In this document: one piece after another, positions 58,801-64,000 of the stretch
How the letters are laid out: every line of letters begins with the position of its first letter
Position numbering within the stretch: the stretch's first letter is position 1
DNA from: Lingula anatina
Lineage: Eukaryota; Animalia; Brachiopoda
Reading direction: 5' to 3'
DNA length: 64,000 nt
Assembly: GCA_051362555.1 (NCBI GenBank)
Contig: CM120646.1
Location: 20,956,001-21,020,000, forward strand
The notes under the pieces: generated by a model
Database searches by the model: none
Seen by the model: the letters and a program-made list of their open reading frames with translations, nothing else
What the model was told of the DNA's origin: nothing
Translations under genes and position numbers: made by a program

Positions 58801-61441
58801 CATGATTGATCACCAAAAAAAAAACAAATTATTTTGTACATTATGTGACATTTTCAGAAAATACTTTTTTATTCAACTATGCTAACAACTATGCACAAAC
58901 ATGAAATTGCAGTTGAATTTCAAGACTAACAAAATTTTAAAGTAAAAATTATTCTAAGAGTAAAGAATTGTACACAGACAATTTTTAAAAATACCAAATA
59001 CATATCCACTTACCAGAAAAATCAGGATGGTTTTCCAAAAGAAAGTTAAAAGCTCTTTTCACTGTTTGTGGATTAATTTTCTGGTACAAGTGGTGCCCTT
59101 TGTATGCAAGTTTTCGCTTCAGTTTTACTCTAATTAGTCCACTTTCATGTGGCAAGGAAGGTAATCTCGTAATTGTTTCTTTGACGTTGGCTGGAACACA
59201 CACAATAGGACCATGCACTCCATGCTGCTGGCTTTTTGGCAGTGAAACAATTTTCATGAATGGTATCACTGGTGTTAGCAGTAGTTGTTCAATTGGATTT
59301 AAATCTCCTATATCTTGTGGCATGTCCATGGTTTTTATGCTATTCCCATCATAACTAATAGGTGATACCTTCTTCTGAACCATTTTCCGGTGACAGTAAG
59401 TGCAAATTATTTTTTGGGGTCCCATATCTAGAATTTTGCTGGAAATTAATGTCTCTTCTGTATAATTTTGCTCTTGAAATTTTTGTATTTGATTCTTAAA
59501 CCGAAGCCGATAACAACAACAGCAGACATACTCAGGAAGTTCCTTGCATTTTGCATGAAAATTTTCTATGGCAATTTTTATATGTGTTTGCTGTTCCTTT
59601 AGCTTTTGCATTTTAAGTCTTTGAGATTGTATACCAGATCTGGTCTTCCTCCATTGTTTGTCCCACTTCCTTCTGTGTTCTCTAATATGTTCTTGTGCAA
59701 GATATCTTTTTGCCTTTTCCCGTAGCTTTTCTTTTATTTCCCTCTGCAAAAGATATGATTTTCTTTTTAGCACTTTCCTTGTTCCCCCATCCCCCTTGGA
59801 AAGGTAAGCCTTCTCTCTTCTTTGTCTGGCAGTTTTGGTTTCTGATTCAGCACGCTTTTTAGAGTCACGTTCTTGGATTCGCTTTTTTACATCAGGCTTG
59901 CTACGGTGTTTTTGCTGCACCTCTTTTTTTCTTGTTCCCCCATTTCGCTTGGAAAGGTAAGCCTTCTCTCTTCTTTGTCTGGCAGCTTTGGTTTTCGGTT
60001 CAGCACGCCTTTCAGAATCCCGTTCTTGGATTTGCTTTTTTACATCAGGCTTGCTACGGTGTTTTTGCTGCACCTCTTTTTTTCTTGTTCCCCCATTTCG
60101 CTTGGAAAGGTAAGCCTTCTCTCTTCTTTGTCTGGCAGCTTTGGTTTTCGGTTCAACACGCCTTTCAGAATCCCGTTCTTGGATTTGCTTTTTTACATCA
60201 AGCCTGCTACGATGTTTTCTCTGCACTTCCTTTTTCCTTGTTCCCCCATTTCCTTTCGATAGGTAAGCCTTCTCTCTTCTTTGTCTGGCAGCTTTGATTT
60301 TCGGCTCAGCGCGTCTCTCAGAATCCCGTTCTTGGACATGCTTTTTTACATCAAGCTTGCTCCGATGTTTTTTCTGCACCTCCTTTTTCCTTGTCCCCCC
60401 ATTTCCCTTGGAAAGGTAAGTCTTCTCTCTTCTTTGTCTGGCAGCTTTGGTTTTCGATTCAACACGAGCTTTATAATCTCGTTCTGCAATTTTCTTCTTT
60501 ACATCAGGCTCGGAACGGACTGTTTTCTGTAACATCTTCTTCCTCAATTTTACATCTGCTCTGGTAAGATAGGTATCTTCTCTTCTTCTTCTGGCAGCTT
60601 TTCTTTCTGGTTCTGCACGACTTTTAGAATCTACTACCCTTTGTCTCTCTTTTCTTTGTTCTCTTTTCTGCATATCTTCTAAATGTCTCTGCTTTTCAAA
60701 GTATGACTGCAGTTCAAAAGGAAACAGATCAATAGCAGTACTAATAGTACAAGGCGTCACTTCGAAAGGACTACTCTCGCTGAGATTCAAGGAAACTGCC
60801 AATTCCCTCAAGTAATGTACTAAACTAGCTAATGTATTCAATTCTAAAACTATGGCTTTCCCATTTGGATCTCCAAGCCCATTTCGATTACGGCTATGCG
60901 AATCAAAGACAAAATACCTTCCATCATGCATTGAAAACACCATAGTTGCATAACTCAAGTGTTCAGAGCCCATAAGGAAGAAAAAATTCCCAGTTTGTGT
61001 ATATGCAATGTCTACAGCTTCTTCCAAAGTGTAAAATGGTAACTGTGTTTCTAATAAATTTAGAGATCCATTTAAAGATTCTTCAGTGTTAATAGTATAA
61101 GCAGTTTCATTATATTCAATTCTTGATGGCAATTCTTTAACAAGCAAAAATGTTTGGCTCCCTCTATTCCTCCGATAAATAACATCACCAGCGTAGAGAA
61201 TAGTGTCTATGTCACTTGCATCCCACTCTCTTACATTTTTAACCTCATTAAAGACAAGTGCCATTAATGCCATACAGGTGCATTGTGATCCAGCAGTACT
61301 ATCTAAGAATATGTCGCTGCCTTGATGGATCCTGCCTTGGACAACAGACATAATGGTATATCTTGACTGACGTAAATTTCTCATACTTTCCCTTTTCTTT
61401 GCCAACATTTGTGTTGTACTTTGCTTTCCCTTTCTTGGCAT
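52841..61441 (-). CDS. Helentron transposase: viral-tegument-like deubiquitinase + basic repeats + Zn finger + DUF6570-like + HUH Rep + Pif1-like SF1B helicase + AP endonuclease (2423 aa predicted)
   Basis: Exons 61441-59014, 58721-58650, 58529-58449, 58236-58177, 57965-57906, 57670-57611, 57351-52841. All introns are phase-1 GT-AG; total 7272 nt with no internal stop. Motifs: HQG...GSQCTCMAL and YFVFDSHSR (C76-like protease); CCCCYR...CTYCH; IPFMKI...HGPIVCVP...VKLKRKL; IEFQQRGWPHIH (HUH); YIVSYISK (two catalytic Tyr); GGAGTGKT, IIDEISMV, GDFYQ, QYPLKLAWACTVHKTQG, YVALSR (Pif1); HNIQSL, ITESWL, YRSP, GDFNID, LDHIY, SDH (EEP/APE). Confidence 0.9.
59780..60640 (-). repeat. Coding tandem repeat, 153-bp (51-aa) Lys/Arg-rich unit, ~5.5 copies
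   Basis: Unit KAARQRREKAYLSKRNGGTRKKEVQQKHRSKPDVKKQIQERDSERRAEPKT. AAGGTAAGCC recurs at 59801, 59954 and 60107. Confidence 0.95.
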
Positions 61442-61590
61442 TTTTTCTTTTTTGATCTTCCACAACTGAATAATAAAAAGTTGTCATTTAAAACTTACAA
61501 AATTTAAAACAAAATGATATTACAATACAAATGTACTAAATTTTCTGATCCATAAGTTCTTACATTCAACAGCAGCAAAGACACACCGAC

Positions 61591-63770
61591 ACATCACAAT
61601 CTTTACATTACACCAAATCTAAACCATTCTCATAAAAACAGTTGTTGTACATATTATGTACAAACTTCGAAATATAAATTTGATTACCCAATTCTCAGTA
61701 TGATAACACCTTTTTACAAAACTTCATGTTCACAAATAGAACTGTTTTTCCCTTCCATTTCAAACCTATCACATTCACAAACAAAGTATGCTACCCTAAT
61801 CGTCCCAGTAGTATCTGTCTCAGAAGAATAGGCAGATTTTCAGTCCAACAAAATCCATTCAGTCCAAAAAATGTTTCATTATTGCCAGTCCAAATGTCTG
61901 GTATAACATAAAAAAATAACTCCCAAGAAAACTGGACTCCACCAGTCAAAATTACATAATGAAAATCTGACCCCCCCCCCCCCCCCCCATGGAATTTTGA
62001 CTCCCTATCACAAACCTTTATAAATCTTATTTTATTTGAACAAATCATTTTTAAATGTAGTATGCATAACGGAGGAAATGTTGACACTTTTTGAAAATTT
62101 TCATAAAGATATAAACAAATTAAGAAACAAATTTTCTCACCAAATAACTCCTATGAAAAGGCTATGGGAGTCATAATGCTACAGGTAGTAAGATAAATTA
62201 TTCTTTCAAACATTATCAAAGTTCACCAAAAATGTCACCACCAAACTTTCAAATGTCAACGAAATATATATCTCACAATGCAAAACGTGTGAAAAACAAT
62301 GCCATACTGACTTCATATAAAATAGTTCCCTTTCTTCATGACAGTCCAAATCCAATGTCTATGAATGTAAAAATTTTCCATTGTTTTTCTTTCATTTTGT
62401 TTTTGCACCTAATATTTTACTACTAAACTATCAAATATTTCCAATATATTCTTTATAACATTTAGTAAAAGGACAAAAATTGAAATAATCACCACACAAA
62501 TATCAAATGAAAGCCTTTTTCATAGTAGAGCCATTGAATAATGAAAAACACATTTTTCATTTTCTTATTTTCACATTAAAATTTTTACCTGCACACTAAC
62601 AAAAAGAGCAAACATATCCTTCAATATGCATACTACAATATAAAAGTGATATATTCAAACAAAATAACAATTATTAAATTTTGTGGGAGAGACAAAATTT
62701 CATGGGGAGAAATCACATTTTATTATGAAAATTTTACTGAGAAGTCGCATTTTAAGGGAATCAGATTTTCATGCTTCACCAGCCATTCTAAAAAGTTTTC
62801 AACATATCTGTTATAATACAGAAGTAATAAATTTCTCAAACTCTTAAAGGAATAATAACTCTTCATTTTGACCAAAAAAATGAATTTTCCTTGAGTAAAC
62901 AACAATTTTCCCACACTTACTAATGGTTAATAAATCAATTTTTACATTCAAAGTTACTCCTTGTTTCTCTTAGAGAAAATCTTAACAGTACTGCTATCAA
63001 CGGAGGTCAACATGTCTAAAGACAAGTTCAGATATTATGCAAATAAGTATAATGGCCGTTTTTGTAGTAAAACAGACTACATTTTACTTCAATGAGTTCT
63101 TCACAATGTTTTCATTGTAAATAAAAGATTTCATACAAAGAGTTTTTATCCCTTTAACTCTTCCCTTCAATAGGATTTTACACACACTTACACATCACAA
63201 CTTTTACATCACACCAAAGCTAAGGCATTTCTCATACAAAACAGGTGTTGTACATATTATTTACCAACTTCAAATATAAATTTCATTGCATAATTTCCAG
63301 TATGGAAATATTTCTTTACAAAACTTCATCTTCACAAATAGAATGCCTATAACCATTGAAAATATTTTTCATATTTTTTTATAGTCAGAATTCCACAATT
63401 TTAAAATCCCATCCCTAATCAATGAGTTGTACATGATTTTTTTATTCTGAAATATAAATCTCATACAAAATGTTTTATCTCTTTAAGTCTTACCTTCAAT
63501 AACTGTTAACAAACAACTACACATAACAACCTTTCCATTACACCAAAGCAGAAAAAAATTGGATATAATATATACCAGCTTCATACTTAGAATTTCCAAA
63601 CTTAAAAATCCCATCCTTATTCATTAAAATACTACCTTTGTATCAAAAGCAATCAAAATATATTTCCTTCATTTGCTCACAATAATATAAATGGATAAAG
63701 TGAGCACATTTAATATAATTTAGTATACCAACACCTATTTACAAAACTTCCTTTCACAAATTAAATGCCT
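61591..63770. repeat. Dispersed degenerate ~150-bp repeats upstream of the Helentron gene
   Basis: ACATCACAA..TTTACAT.ACACCAAA.CTAA...GTTGTACATATTAT...TTTACAAAACTTCAT.TTCACAAATAGAA at 61591-61741 and 63192-63342, with partial copies near 63521 and 63721. Confidence 0.7.
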
Positions 63771-64000
63771 AAATTGAAAATATTTTTGAAATTTTATACT
63801 TAAAATTCCACTTCTTTATAATCTCATCTTTTGCATTTCCTATGATATTATAACAGACATGCTGAAACTCTTCATCCAATCACTCTGATTGAGAAATGTG
63901 TCTTGGCTGGTTAACAATTAAACTTGGTCAGTCCACAGAAATGACATTAATTTGAAGAATCGCCATTTTCAATTTACAGTCATCATTTTACATACTTCAC

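Larger units (their letters stand above)
47351..64000 (-). mobile_element. Autonomous Helentron (Helitron group 2 / HLE2) locus inserted in DNAJC9 intron 2; far end outside the window
   Basis: Rep-helicase-endonuclease gene on the minus strand. DINE-1/HINE-like terminus at 47351 (TT, 13-bp hairpin TGTACCACCAGCG-TTAG-CGCTGGCGGTACA, GC-rich microsatellite) and internal satellite arrays. That all parts belong to one element is inferred. Confidence 0.8.

Noticed and set aside
62145-62172. Small hairpin ACTCCTAT...ATGGGAGT as the Helentron's other end
   Set aside because: No matching subterminal repeat, and element-like repeats continue past it to ~63770.

Overview
AT-rich, intron-rich animal genomic DNA. 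It is probably from an invertebrate, and the repeat types suggest a lophotrochozoan or mollusc (inference). The first 47 kb is a compact gene cluster that I spliced by hand from GT-AG sites. It holds the 5' exons of an FMN-dependent hydroxyacid oxidase (-) and a decayed CYP2-clan P450 pseudogene (+), followed by three consecutive head-to-head pairs: CFAP410(-)/SLC35B1(+), SHMT2(-)/UBXN4(+) and MEIOC(-)/DNAJC9(+). UBXN4 contains a clear U12-type minor intron, and MEIOC appears to have a ~7.3 kb 3' UTR. From ~47.35 kb to the window end, DNAJC9 intron 2 is occupied by a large Helentron (Helitron group 2) locus. Its minus-strand gene splices into an uninterrupted 7272-nt ORF (2423 aa). The domain order is herpes-tegument-like deubiquitinase, 51-aa basic repeats, Cys/His finger, DUF6570-like region, triplicated 60-nt microexons, HUH Rep, Pif1 helicase and AP endonuclease. 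Next to it are a duplicated hairpin terminus and tandem arrays of 146, 148 and 136 bp. Several MITEs and microsatellites lie in introns. All identifications come from recalled motifs, not database searches.
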